This document shows positions 8,055-16,229 of a stretch of 31,088 nucleotides of DNA, one piece after another; the first letter of the stretch is position 1, and each line of letters starts with the position of its first letter. Origin of the DNA: Pseudobdellovibrionaceae bacterium (lineage in GTDB: Bacteria; Bdellovibrionota; Bdellovibrionia; Bdellovibrionales; Bdellovibrionaceae); assembly GCA_041288045.1 (NCBI GenBank), contig JBGGMM010000212.1:1-31088 (forward strand), read 5' to 3'. A program made the position numbers and the translations under genes. The notes beneath the pieces are model-generated. The model ran no database searches, was not told the DNA's origin, and worked only from the letters and a program-made list of their open reading frames with translations.

Positions 8055-8721
8055 AAAACAAAAACCAAATCGGTTTGAAAATCATTTTCAAGAGTTGATC
8101 GGACAAGAAGAGCATTACTCGCGTTGGATCGAGCACCCCTCATCCTCCATCCTGCATCATGGAAAGTCCTGTTGTGAAGAGGCGAGGCTCTGGTTTCTAT
8201 CTTACGCGCGCTCAATGGAAGGGGGAGTGTCTTCGCAGTACCAAATGCGGCCTCCCACTTGGCTTTCACAAGTGTTCGAATGGGGGCCTTCGGTGTGGCC
8301 CATTTCCTGGTGCCAGGTCTTTCAAGAAAAAACCATTGATTGCGGAGTTTTTGCCGCCTTATCACGAGAAGTTTTTACGGCGCAGGGTTTCGAAGTGCAC
8401 CCAGCCCAAGCTTTGATCTCTTACAATCAAACTTGCACCGATCACTGGAAAGATCTTTGGGAAACTGGATTGAGAAATCTGGAAAGTCATCAATCCGGAG
8501 ATGTTTTTCCATGGGTCGGCGATCAAATCGTCTATCACGAAATCTGCCTGCTTGAAATGCCTGAAGAGAAGGCTCGAATTTTTGATTCTACTTTCGGATA
8601 TTGGTTTGAACCTCAGCAGAGAGTGGGATTTGGAGCTTTGCTCAGCATCCGGAGCGAGTGTCCTCGGATTCTCGAGTGGGGTGACAAAGTTTTGAGTTAT
8701 GGAGAGTGGGTGGATTTATGA
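8035..8721 (+). CDS. Hypothetical protein with a transglutaminase-like Cys-His-Asp triad
   Basis: IDCGVFAALSR, then YHEICLLEM and RIFDSTFG, which parallel the transglutaminase-like core C-x3-A-x-L / H-x-W-x-E / FDPT. Overlaps both neighbouring genes. Confidence 0.55.
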   Translation: MILDGVKKQKPNRFENHFQELIGQEEHYSRWIEHPSSSILHHGKSCCEEARLWFLSYARSMEGGVSSQYQMRPPTWLSQVFEWGPSVWPISWCQVFQEKTIDCGVFAALSREVFTAQGFEVHPAQALISYNQTCTDHWKDLWETGLRNLESHQSGDVFPWVGDQIVYHEICLLEMPEEKARIFDSTFGYWFEPQQRVGFGALLSIRSECPRILEWGDKVLSYGEWVDL

Positions 8722-9677
8722 TGGCAATTGAAGCTGCGGTATTCAAACGGCACTTCAAAGAGTATTTGGAAGGCACCAGCCAAACTCTTTTTTTTAAAAA
8801 TGCTTATTTTGGTCTCTCGTTTTTGGCAATTGCACTTTACTTCAGCGGCGATGTTTTTCTCTATGGGTTTTTGGCCTCTTTGATCGGGTATTTGTATTCG
8901 ATTTTGCACCGCACGCCAAAAGTTCTCAAGCAAACAGGACTCATGACCATCAATGGGTTCTTTTTTGGTATTGCCTTCGCCAGTTTCTTTCAGCCCTCCT
9001 CGTCTTTTTATTTTTGCTTTCTCATGGGGGCTTTGGCCATTCCGTTGATGACAAAGATGTCTCTGGAAATTCTCCAGCACTGGAAATTATCCCCTTTGAT
9101 TGCTCCTTACATTTTGATCATATGGACTCTTTGGCTTGGAGCTTATGGAATTGGCCTTCAGCCTGCGATCAAGTCGTGGCAACAACCACCTTCGATGATT
9201 TTTGATTTTTTGCCGCAGACAGAGCCCCTGGTACAGCTTTTGGCCTCGATGTTTTTTAGTATCAGCCAGATTTTCTTTCTTCAGAATTCTGAATTTGGCA
9301 TGGCGCTTTTGGCGCTTGTGCTTCTTTTCAGTCCTCGTCGTGGACTTTTCTTTTTCATCGGTGCGGCGCTTTCAACTTTGGTTTTTTACGGGATTTCAAA
9401 TGAAGGAGAGTTCGCCTGGCAGCAAGGATTTTTTAGCTGCAGTGCTGGGCTTGTGGGATTAGGGCTTGCCTCCTTGCCAGAAAAATTTGCTTGGCAAAAT
9501 ATTTTGTTATTCTGTGTCTTATCTTTGTTTCTGACTTTGGCGGCAGAACATTTTTTCAGTGGATTTCGACTGCCGATCATGAGCCTTCCCTTTGTCTTGA
9601 CCTTTTGGTTTGCCATGCTCAGCCGAACTCCGCGCCTGAATGTGAGCTGGGCAGTGAATGAAAGTTCTTCGCTATGA
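8718..9677 (+). CDS. Urea transporter (UT/Utp) family membrane channel
   Basis: Very hydrophobic, with the UT internal duplication: GTSQTLFFKNAYFG / SISQIFFLQNSEFG, GLMTINGFFFG / GFFSCSAGLVG, LSPLIAPY / LPIMSLPFV. ATGA overlap with the upstream stop. Confidence 0.8.
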   Translation: MMAIEAAVFKRHFKEYLEGTSQTLFFKNAYFGLSFLAIALYFSGDVFLYGFLASLIGYLYSILHRTPKVLKQTGLMTINGFFFGIAFASFFQPSSSFYFCFLMGALAIPLMTKMSLEILQHWKLSPLIAPYILIIWTLWLGAYGIGLQPAIKSWQQPPSMIFDFLPQTEPLVQLLASMFFSISQIFFLQNSEFGMALLALVLLFSPRRGLFFFIGAALSTLVFYGISNEGEFAWQQGFFSCSAGLVGLGLASLPEKFAWQNILLFCVLSLFLTLAAEHFFSGFRLPIMSLPFVLTFWFAMLSRTPRLNVSWAVNESSSL

Positions 9678-10498
9678 AGAGGTGGCTTTTCATTTTTCTC
9701 ACCGGTTTTTTTGGTGGCCTCACGGTCCTCGCCCAAAGCCTGCCGATTTCAAAAAATGAAATGCGAGTCACTACGGACATCACTCTGGCCTCCAAGTACA
9801 TGCTCGATGGATTTCAGGTGGGTGGCGACCATCCTGTCTGGCAGCTGGCTGGAAAAGTGGACCTGTACGACACAGGATTTGCGTTTATGGCCTGGACCGC
9901 CATTCAAGTGGAAAGATCCAATAAGCAATTTGATGAGCAAGATCTTTTTCTTCTCTATTCCAAAGATTTTTTGCAAGACAAGTCCTATACCCTGAACTTT
10001 CATGGTTACTATGACTACTGGATGTTTCCGAACACCGATCCCGTTGTCGATGAATTCGGGGAAACAGTTTCAACCAGTGTGAAACAGGGAAATAAATTTC
10101 AACTGGGGTTTTCTCTTCCAAAGCTGATTTCTATTGCCGATTCTTTTTTGATTCCGTCCTACAATGCCTACCACTGGCTCTACTTTGCTCAAGATCGGGA
10201 AGACTTGGATCAAAGCGGCACTTATCATGAGCTACTAGCCGAGTATTACAAACCCACGCCGATTTTTATCCCCGGGGCGACTTATCAATATGCTGGCGGG
10301 ACGTCTAGCATCAATTATCATGAAGGGGCTTTCGATGTGGATCCCGGTTGGAGCCATTCGACGGCTTCGATCGTTGCTGGAGTTTACGCGCTGAAATCCA
10401 TTTTCACCATCAGTCTCAATCACCAATGGAGTTTTGAAGAAACCGTCAATCCAGAAAATGAATTCTGGTCCACATTTTCATATATCAAAAAATTCTAG
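9674..10498 (+). CDS. Outer-membrane beta-barrel protein, TorF/Gcw_chp-like putative porin
   Basis: Signal peptide; DITLASKYMLDGFQVGGDHPVWQ...GFAFMAW resembles the TorF-family N-terminus (SDYxFRG...PAxQ...GFYxGxW); aromatic-rich alternating strands; terminal Phe. ATGA overlap with the transporter. Confidence 0.6.
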   Translation: MKRWLFIFLTGFFGGLTVLAQSLPISKNEMRVTTDITLASKYMLDGFQVGGDHPVWQLAGKVDLYDTGFAFMAWTAIQVERSNKQFDEQDLFLLYSKDFLQDKSYTLNFHGYYDYWMFPNTDPVVDEFGETVSTSVKQGNKFQLGFSLPKLISIADSFLIPSYNAYHWLYFAQDREDLDQSGTYHELLAEYYKPTPIFIPGATYQYAGGTSSINYHEGAFDVDPGWSHSTASIVAGVYALKSIFTISLNHQWSFEETVNPENEFWSTFSYIKKF

Positions 10499-10512
10499 GA
10501 AAGGAGTCTCCC

Positions 10513-11310
10513 GTGAAAAAGCTGATTGGATTTTTTTCTCTTCTCATTCTCGTTTCCTGCGTCAAGGCTACCTCCAAAGCACCCGTCGAGGAGCATCTAC
10601 CGGATGTGTCCTCTGGCGAGGAGCGAACAAATGTCCTGATTTATGGTGGGCCTGGATCTTGGAAAGCTGAAATCGAATCTTTAAAAAAAATCCTCCTTGA
10701 GAATCACGCAACTTACGAAGTTCTCACTGCTCAAGAGCTCAATGAAATGTCCCAGGAGGATTATTCAAATTACGATGCCATTTTATTTGCAGGTGGTGAC
10801 GCGCCGACTGTGCGAGCCGCTTTGGACAAAGAAACCAGGATCCAAATACGTGAAGCAGTTCAAAAAATGGGGCTCAGCTATTTGGGATTTTGTGCTGGTG
10901 CTTGGTTGGCAGTGGCACCAAAGCCGGAACCTGGAGAGGATGTGGCTTATGGACTTGGAGTCGTCGAGGGACCTCTGTTGGAACCCAATTTTCTCACTGG
11001 TGAAGGAAAGTTATTTGCTCTTGATCGGGCTCTTTTTGCTGACGGCACAGAAAGAAATCTTCTTTGGTATGGGGGGCCGGTGACTTACCAAAATCCTGGC
11101 ACGGTTGTCGTGAAGTATTCAGACGGAACGCCCGCAATTTCGCAAGTGGAGTCGGGCCAGGGGTTGGTGATCATGTCGGGATTGCATCCGGCAGCGAACA
11201 AATTGATTCTCGGCCAGATCGGAATTTACAACAAAGAGGCCATTGCACCTGAAATCGCTTGGGCTCTGCTTGAAGCCGCCATTGCGAAAAAGAAACTTTC
11301 CACTTTCTGA
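10513..11310 (+). CDS. Lipoprotein with a BPL-N / class I glutamine amidotransferase-like domain (paralog 1)
   Basis: GTG start after AAGGAG; lipobox LVSC; VLIYGGPGS, FAGGD, YLGFCAGAW nucleophile elbow, WYGGP, SGLHPA. Confidence 0.75.
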   Translation: MKKLIGFFSLLILVSCVKATSKAPVEEHLPDVSSGEERTNVLIYGGPGSWKAEIESLKKILLENHATYEVLTAQELNEMSQEDYSNYDAILFAGGDAPTVRAALDKETRIQIREAVQKMGLSYLGFCAGAWLAVAPKPEPGEDVAYGLGVVEGPLLEPNFLTGEGKLFALDRALFADGTERNLLWYGGPVTYQNPGTVVVKYSDGTPAISQVESGQGLVIMSGLHPAANKLILGQIGIYNKEAIAPEIAWALLEAAIAKKKLSTF

Positions 11311-11454
11311 TTTCTAAATTTGAGCTATCGCACATTTTAAGACCAAGGGTCAGTGTTACATAACACCTTGAAATTTCCTTTCTCTGACCTCAATACTAAC
11401 TCGTTCAAAAAATTTAAAGATTGAATTTTCGATTTCAATTCGGAGGTATTCCTG

Positions 11455-12324
11455 ATGAAGAAGAACTCTGTGCTTTTTTCTATTTTTTTGACTGTGCTCG
11501 CGTTGCTGATCCTCAACGCCTGTGCGAATCCAGAAAGTTCGTCGCAAACAGATCCAATTGTTCAAGGCGAACCTCAAAAGTCACTTCCTGACTCGGGAAA
11601 AGAGGATCCCAACAATCCCAAAAGTGACATGGATCAAGATGGACTCATTTATCAGGTTTTGCTTTTTAATGGTGTTGGCACTTCGATTTCGGATTGGAAG
11701 TCTTTAGAGACCATATTGAAATCCATGGCTGTCACTTATCGCTTGGTCAACACGGCGGATCTCAATGCCATGAGTTTAACTTCACTTAAAACTTTCAAAA
11801 TGATTTTGATTCCTGGCGGAAACTCCAATGACATCAACAAAGCGCTGACTCTTTCGACAAAAATCCGAGTCCGACAAGCGGTTCGTGATTATGGAGTGAG
11901 CTACTTAGGACTGTGTGCAGGAGCATTTGCCGCCGTGGGCATTGATTCTCGCTCGAACACAACAGCCTATTATGGATTTGCAGTGGCCCAAGGGGATTAC
12001 CTCAAGCACTGGTATCCCAACGGCAATAGTTCATTGATTGCCGCTGTTCCAAAGGTGAAGTTTGCCGATGGGACGAGTCGATATTTGATGTGGTGGGACG
12101 GACCTTCAACTCCCGAGTGGAGCGGGGGAGTGGTGGCTCGATACCCAGACGGAAAGCCCGCCATTTCTCAGACGAGAACAGGTTTAGGATTTGTGATTGT
12201 CTCAGGCCCGCATCCAGAAGCTCCCGCCTCCTGGCAATATGATTCAGGTCCAGATCCAGACGGCCTCGATCACGATATAGCGAAAAAAATGATTCGAGCC
12301 GCCTTAGACCGAAAGCCGCTTTGA
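11455..12324 (+). CDS. Lipoprotein with a BPL-N / class I glutamine amidotransferase-like domain (paralog 2)
   Basis: GGAGG RBS; lipobox LNAC; IPGGN, YLGLCAGAF, WWDGP, SGPHPEA (complete Cys-His-Glu set); clearly homologous to the preceding gene (FADGT.R.L.W..GP, Y.DG.PAISQ). Confidence 0.78.
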   Translation: MKKNSVLFSIFLTVLALLILNACANPESSSQTDPIVQGEPQKSLPDSGKEDPNNPKSDMDQDGLIYQVLLFNGVGTSISDWKSLETILKSMAVTYRLVNTADLNAMSLTSLKTFKMILIPGGNSNDINKALTLSTKIRVRQAVRDYGVSYLGLCAGAFAAVGIDSRSNTTAYYGFAVAQGDYLKHWYPNGNSSLIAAVPKVKFADGTSRYLMWWDGPSTPEWSGGVVARYPDGKPAISQTRTGLGFVIVSGPHPEAPASWQYDSGPDPDGLDHDIAKKMIRAALDRKPL

Positions 12325-12440
12325 GCTTGGGGTGCCTTTCTCTTTTTCCTTCACCCAGCGCAGCAAACACTCGAAATCACAGTTTTAACAAAAGCCCTTG
12401 CTGCAGCGGGTGAAGGAAAAAGAGAAAGGCACCCTCAAGC
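12325..12440. repeat. Long inverted-repeat element (REP-doublet/MITE-like) filling a convergent intergenic gap
   Basis: 27-bp perfect inverted arms GGGTGCCTTTCTCTTTTTCCTTCACCC at 12330-12356 and 12408-12434, extended inward by GCAGCAA/TTGCTGC and outward by GCTTG/CAAGC. Confidence 0.85.
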
Positions 12441-13208
12441 CCGTTTCTCCTGCAGTTTCCGCACAAGCTTTCTCGTCACCGCTCGCGGAACAAAGCGAAC
12501 CGACGAAGCCATCATCTTATTTACGGTTCCATGAATGGCCACGGGCTTTCGTTGCATCAGAGCTCGGTAACCGTACAACGCGACGTCGCGGCTGCTGGGG
12601 AGGGGAGTGGTTTCGAACAAAGCGACGTTTCCCATGTTGGCCGCTTGTTGGAAACCAGATTTGGTGGGACCGGGGCAGAGAGCTGTGACGCTCACGCCGG
12701 TTCCCTGAAGCTCTTCGTAAAGTCCTTCGCTGAAAGAGAGGACGAAAGCTTTCGTCGCATAATAGACCGACATCAAAGGGCCTGGCTGGAAAGCCGCAGT
12801 AGAAGCGACGTTGAGGATTTTTCCGCTCTTTCTCTGAATCATCGAAGGCAGAAAAAGATGCGTGAGCTCGGTGAGAGCCATGATGTTCACCTGGATCATG
12901 TCTCTTTGTCGTTTCCAATCCGCATCGGCAAAAGCTCCGTAGTCGCCAAAGCCCGCATTGTTGACAAGGATCTCCACTTCGAAGCCTTGAGTTTTTCGAA
13001 ACAGATCCAAAGCTGCTTCTGGTTTCGCAAGATCCATTGGAATCACCTGAGCGCGGATTCTGTATTTCTTCTCGAGCTCTGTCTTCAGTTCATTGAGCTT
13101 CTCACCAGTGCGGGCGACCAGAATCAAATCCCATTCTTTCGCTGCCATGACGTGGGCCAGTTCCCAACCAATGCCGCTGGAAGCTCCTGTGATCAATGCG
13201 TAGGCCAT
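12435..13208 (-). CDS. Short-chain dehydrogenase/reductase (SDR family)
   Basis: TGASSGIG, LVNNAGFG, NVAST, YYATK catalytic motif, CPGPT; AAGGAG RBS. Confidence 0.95.
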   Translation of the reverse strand: MAYALITGASSGIGWELAHVMAAKEWDLILVARTGEKLNELKTELEKKYRIRAQVIPMDLAKPEAALDLFRKTQGFEVEILVNNAGFGDYGAFADADWKRQRDMIQVNIMALTELTHLFLPSMIQRKSGKILNVASTAAFQPGPLMSVYYATKAFVLSFSEGLYEELQGTGVSVTALCPGPTKSGFQQAANMGNVALFETTPLPSSRDVALYGYRALMQRKPVAIHGTVNKMMASSVRFVPRAVTRKLVRKLQEKRA

Positions 13209-13217
13209 ACAATCTCC

Positions 13218-13916
13218 TTAGTAATTTCCATAAAAATGGTAAGTCGTTTTTGATTCTAATTTTTCATAACCCAAAAGCAGCAAACAGATGCCTTCGCGCA
13301 GCTGTTCATCAAAATCCAGCTGAAAGAAAGAAAGCTCCGGATTTGAAATCACTTTCTGCATTTTCAAAGAGGGATTGCAGACCTGATCCAAACCCACGAG
13401 CAAGCTGTAGCATTTCATCAGAAAAGAAAGAGCCCGCTCCTGATCCATCAAAGAAGGCGTGCGCGCTTTTAAAAGCCCAGCGAGGTGAATCAAAAGTGCT
13501 TTCAGTCTCAATTTAAAATCGGTGGCTGCAGTTTCGGAAAGATTTCTCTCTAAAATCAAATGCAAATGACCGAGCAGTTTTGGCAGCTCTGGAAATTCCC
13601 GCAAAGTTCCCAGGAAAAAATCAGCAAATTGACTGGCCGAAAGGGGGGAAGAGATTTCATTCAGTCGAGCCTCGAGCAGCGAAATCCATTTTTCAAATTC
13701 TCTCTCTGTGCAGGCGAGAAAAACTTCTTCTTTGCTTTGAAAATAAAGGTAGAGGGTTCCTTTGGCCAAGCCCGATCGAAGGGCCAGTTGTTGCATGGCG
13801 ATCGAATCAAAATCCTGGCTGCGAAACAGCCGAAGGCCTTGATTGAGAATCAAATCTCTCTTGGCATTTTTGTCTTCGGGCTTTCGGGCCCGCAGTGATG
13901 ACATCTTTTTTGTCAT
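13218..13916 (-). CDS. TetR/AcrR family transcriptional regulator
   Basis: N-terminal HTH IAMQQLALRSGLAKGTLYLYFQSKEEVF; 9 bp upstream of the SDR gene. Confidence 0.93.
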   Translation of the reverse strand: MTKKMSSLRARKPEDKNAKRDLILNQGLRLFRSQDFDSIAMQQLALRSGLAKGTLYLYFQSKEEVFLACTEREFEKWISLLEARLNEISSPLSASQFADFFLGTLREFPELPKLLGHLHLILERNLSETAATDFKLRLKALLIHLAGLLKARTPSLMDQERALSFLMKCYSLLVGLDQVCNPSLKMQKVISNPELSFFQLDFDEQLREGICLLLLGYEKLESKTTYHFYGNY

Positions 13917-13917
13917 A

Positions 13918-13955
13918 AATGACCCATGGTCATTATGGTAGGTGACCCAAAGTCA
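13918..13955. promoter_or_regulatory. Tandem palindromic operators (TGAC-N5-GTCA), probably bound by the adjacent TetR
   Basis: AATGACC-CAT-GGTCATT (13918-13934) and TGAC-CCAAA-GTCA (13943-13955). They flank a possible minus-strand -10 (TACCAT, 13940-13935) with TTGATA (13963-13958) 17 nt upstream. Confidence 0.7.
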
Positions 13956-13977
13956 TTTATCAAAGATTTATCGTGGA

Positions 13978-15045
13978 TCACTTCAGATTCAGAGTGAACT
14001 CTTGAAGCTTCTGGCCGTTGATATCCTTGACCTCGACCAAAGCCTGCTTGTGTTCCCAGTCCAAAACAACTTCGCCAAAATTTTCCTTAGAATAAAGTGA
14101 ACCCATCCGGTGTTTGTTCTTTTCGCTCTCGATGGAGCCTGGGCGATTGATACTGCTGGCTGTGACATCGTAGAGATCGCCATAGCCTTTCAAGCTGAGC
14201 TTGCTGACTTCTGACAAATGGCGATCGCCACTGACAATCAAAAGATTTTTAGCACGGGTCTTTTTAATCAAATCGAAAAGCCTTTTTCGCTCATGTGGAA
14301 AGTTCGCCCACTTTTCAAAGCCATGCTCCTCTGCAATCACTTGGATACTGGAAACCAAAATGCGCAGCTCAGCCGGCTTTCGCAATTCATCTTCGAGCCA
14401 CTTCCATTGCTCACTTCCTAAAATCGTCTTTTTGCGATTTTTGGTCGGCACAAATTTATCCATGGATGATTTGGGTTTCGGATTTGCCTCAAGTTCCGAG
14501 CGAAAAGTGCGAGTGTCGAGCAAAATCACATTCACGCGACGGGGAGCTTCGCCAAACACAAACGAGTGATACACCCCTTTTTGCTGTTTCGAAATGCGAG
14601 TGGCATCGTAAGGAAAGAACTCAAGAAAAGCAGCGCGAGCTTCGTCCAATTTTGGATTCTTGGCGCCGCCATCATTCAGACCAAAATCATGATCATCCCA
14701 AGTGGCCACAATCGGCACCAACGATCTGAATTTCTGAAACTCAGGCACCTTGGCTTGCAGCTTGTACTGCTCAGCAATCGGCTGATCCTCAGATTTGGAG
14801 GCATAGATATTGTCCCCCATGGCAATATAGAGATCCGGCTGATCCGCCAAAAGCGTCGACCAAATGGGCTGCGGATTTTTCTGATGAGCACAAGAGCCAA
14901 AAGTGATTCGGCTCAATGTTTTCTCAGGCGCAACAGGTGCCACCAGAACCTGAGCCAAGGAGGCTTCGGTGCTGGCGGATTGAACTTTGGGACCAGAGCA
15001 AGATGCCAAAAGTCCCAGGAAAAGAAAGAACAATACCGATTTCAT
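13978..15045 (-). CDS. phoD: Alkaline phosphatase D (PhoD-like) family lipoprotein
   Basis: Lipobox LASC; FGSC, MGDNIY, TWDDHDFG, LLDTR, SGDRH metallophosphoesterase motifs. Confidence 0.88.
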   Translation of the reverse strand: MKSVLFFLFLGLLASCSGPKVQSASTEASLAQVLVAPVAPEKTLSRITFGSCAHQKNPQPIWSTLLADQPDLYIAMGDNIYASKSEDQPIAEQYKLQAKVPEFQKFRSLVPIVATWDDHDFGLNDGGAKNPKLDEARAAFLEFFPYDATRISKQQKGVYHSFVFGEAPRRVNVILLDTRTFRSELEANPKPKSSMDKFVPTKNRKKTILGSEQWKWLEDELRKPAELRILVSSIQVIAEEHGFEKWANFPHERKRLFDLIKKTRAKNLLIVSGDRHLSEVSKLSLKGYGDLYDVTASSINRPGSIESEKNKHRMGSLYSKENFGEVVLDWEHKQALVEVKDINGQKLQEFTLNLK

Positions 15046-16214
15046 CAGCCGCGCTCAGTAAGTGGTTTCACTTGGCGCTGAGGAGCACCGATGTACTCGC
15101 TCAAAGGACGGATGATGCGATTGTTCGCTGTCTGTTCCATAATGTGAGCGGACCAACCGGTGGTTCTTGCCATCACAAAAATTGGAGTGAAAAAATCAAT
15201 TTCAAAGCCCATCATGTAATAAGCAGGACCTGCCGGGAAATCCAAATTTGGATAGATTCGCTTTTTTTCCACCATGACTTTTTCCAAAGCTTCATACATT
15301 TGCATCCACTTGGGCTGACCAGTGACCTGAGCCATCACGCCCGCATATTTTTTCATGGTTGGAACTCGGGAGTCGCCTTTTTTGTAAACGCGGTGACCGA
15401 AGCCCATGACCTTGCGTTTCGCAGCCAGGGCATCGAGCATCCACTGTTCCGCTTTCGCCGGATCAGCGATCTCCATCATCATATGCATGACTTGCTCATT
15501 GGCTCCGCCATGCAAAGGGCCCTTCAGAGCGCCAATGCCAGCCACAGTCGCAGAATAAATATCAGATTCAGTCGAAGCCACCACTCGAGAAGTGAAAGTC
15601 GAAGCGTTGAAGCTATGCTCAGCATAGAGAATCAAAGACACATCAAATGCTTTGACCACTTCTTTCTGTGGAACTTTTCCAAAACACATGTGAAAGAAAT
15701 TTTCAGATAGGGACAGGTTTTTATCTGGAGCAATAAAATCCAAACCTTTTTTAAAGCGGTAATCCGCTGCAATCATGGTCGGAATTTTCGCCAGCATGCG
15801 GAGCGCTTTGTCTAAATTGGTCTTTGGAGTCGCATCCCAAACACGCTCATCTTCGCAACCCAAAAAGCTCACACCAGTACGAATCGAATCCATGGGATGG
15901 CATTTTTTAGGAAGACGACGAATGACTTCGAGATTGTCTTTGGAAATATCTCTGTAATTGCGCTCTGTTTTTGTGAATTCGGCCAATTGGCCTTTGTTCG
16001 GAAGCTCGCCATTGTACATCAGGTAAGCGACCTCTTCGAAAGTGCAAAGCTCAGCCAGATCCTGAACAGGGTAACCGCGATAGACCAAAGAGTTGGTGTC
16101 GGCATTCACTTTGGACACAGAAGAAGTATCCATCACAACACCTTCTAGGCCTTTTTTCACATTCACTTTTTCTGGTTCTGGAACATAATCCGGATTGACG
16201 TAATCTTGTGACAT
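15045..16214 (-). CDS. prpC: 2-methylcitrate synthase / citrate synthase
   Basis: KGLEGV, YAEHSFNASTF, GPLHGGANE, MGFGHRVY, PNLDF; clustered with prpB and prpD. Confidence 0.93.
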   Translation of the reverse strand: MSQDYVNPDYVPEPEKVNVKKGLEGVVMDTSSVSKVNADTNSLVYRGYPVQDLAELCTFEEVAYLMYNGELPNKGQLAEFTKTERNYRDISKDNLEVIRRLPKKCHPMDSIRTGVSFLGCEDERVWDATPKTNLDKALRMLAKIPTMIAADYRFKKGLDFIAPDKNLSLSENFFHMCFGKVPQKEVVKAFDVSLILYAEHSFNASTFTSRVVASTESDIYSATVAGIGALKGPLHGGANEQVMHMMMEIADPAKAEQWMLDALAAKRKVMGFGHRVYKKGDSRVPTMKKYAGVMAQVTGQPKWMQMYEALEKVMVEKKRIYPNLDFPAGPAYYMMGFEIDFFTPIFVMARTTGWSAHIMEQTANNRIIRPLSEYIGAPQRQVKPLTERG

Positions 16215-16229
16215 TGAAATCTCCCTCTC

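Noticed and set aside
5811..8721. Graspetide or lasso-peptide cluster interpretation
   Set aside because: The ATP-grasp looks CarB/carboxylate-amine-ligase-like rather than RimK/MvdD-like, and no lasso cyclase, RRE/PqqD protein or precursor is visible.
11353..11366. Palindrome GTGTTA-CA-TAACAC between the two BPL-N genes
   Set aside because: Six-bp arms in an AT-rich gap, with no second copy seen; cannot be distinguished from chance or a weak terminator.
10513..12324. Calling the two lipoproteins biotin-protein ligases
   Set aside because: Only the BPL-N (GATase-like) domain is present. There is no BirA catalytic domain, and both proteins appear exported.
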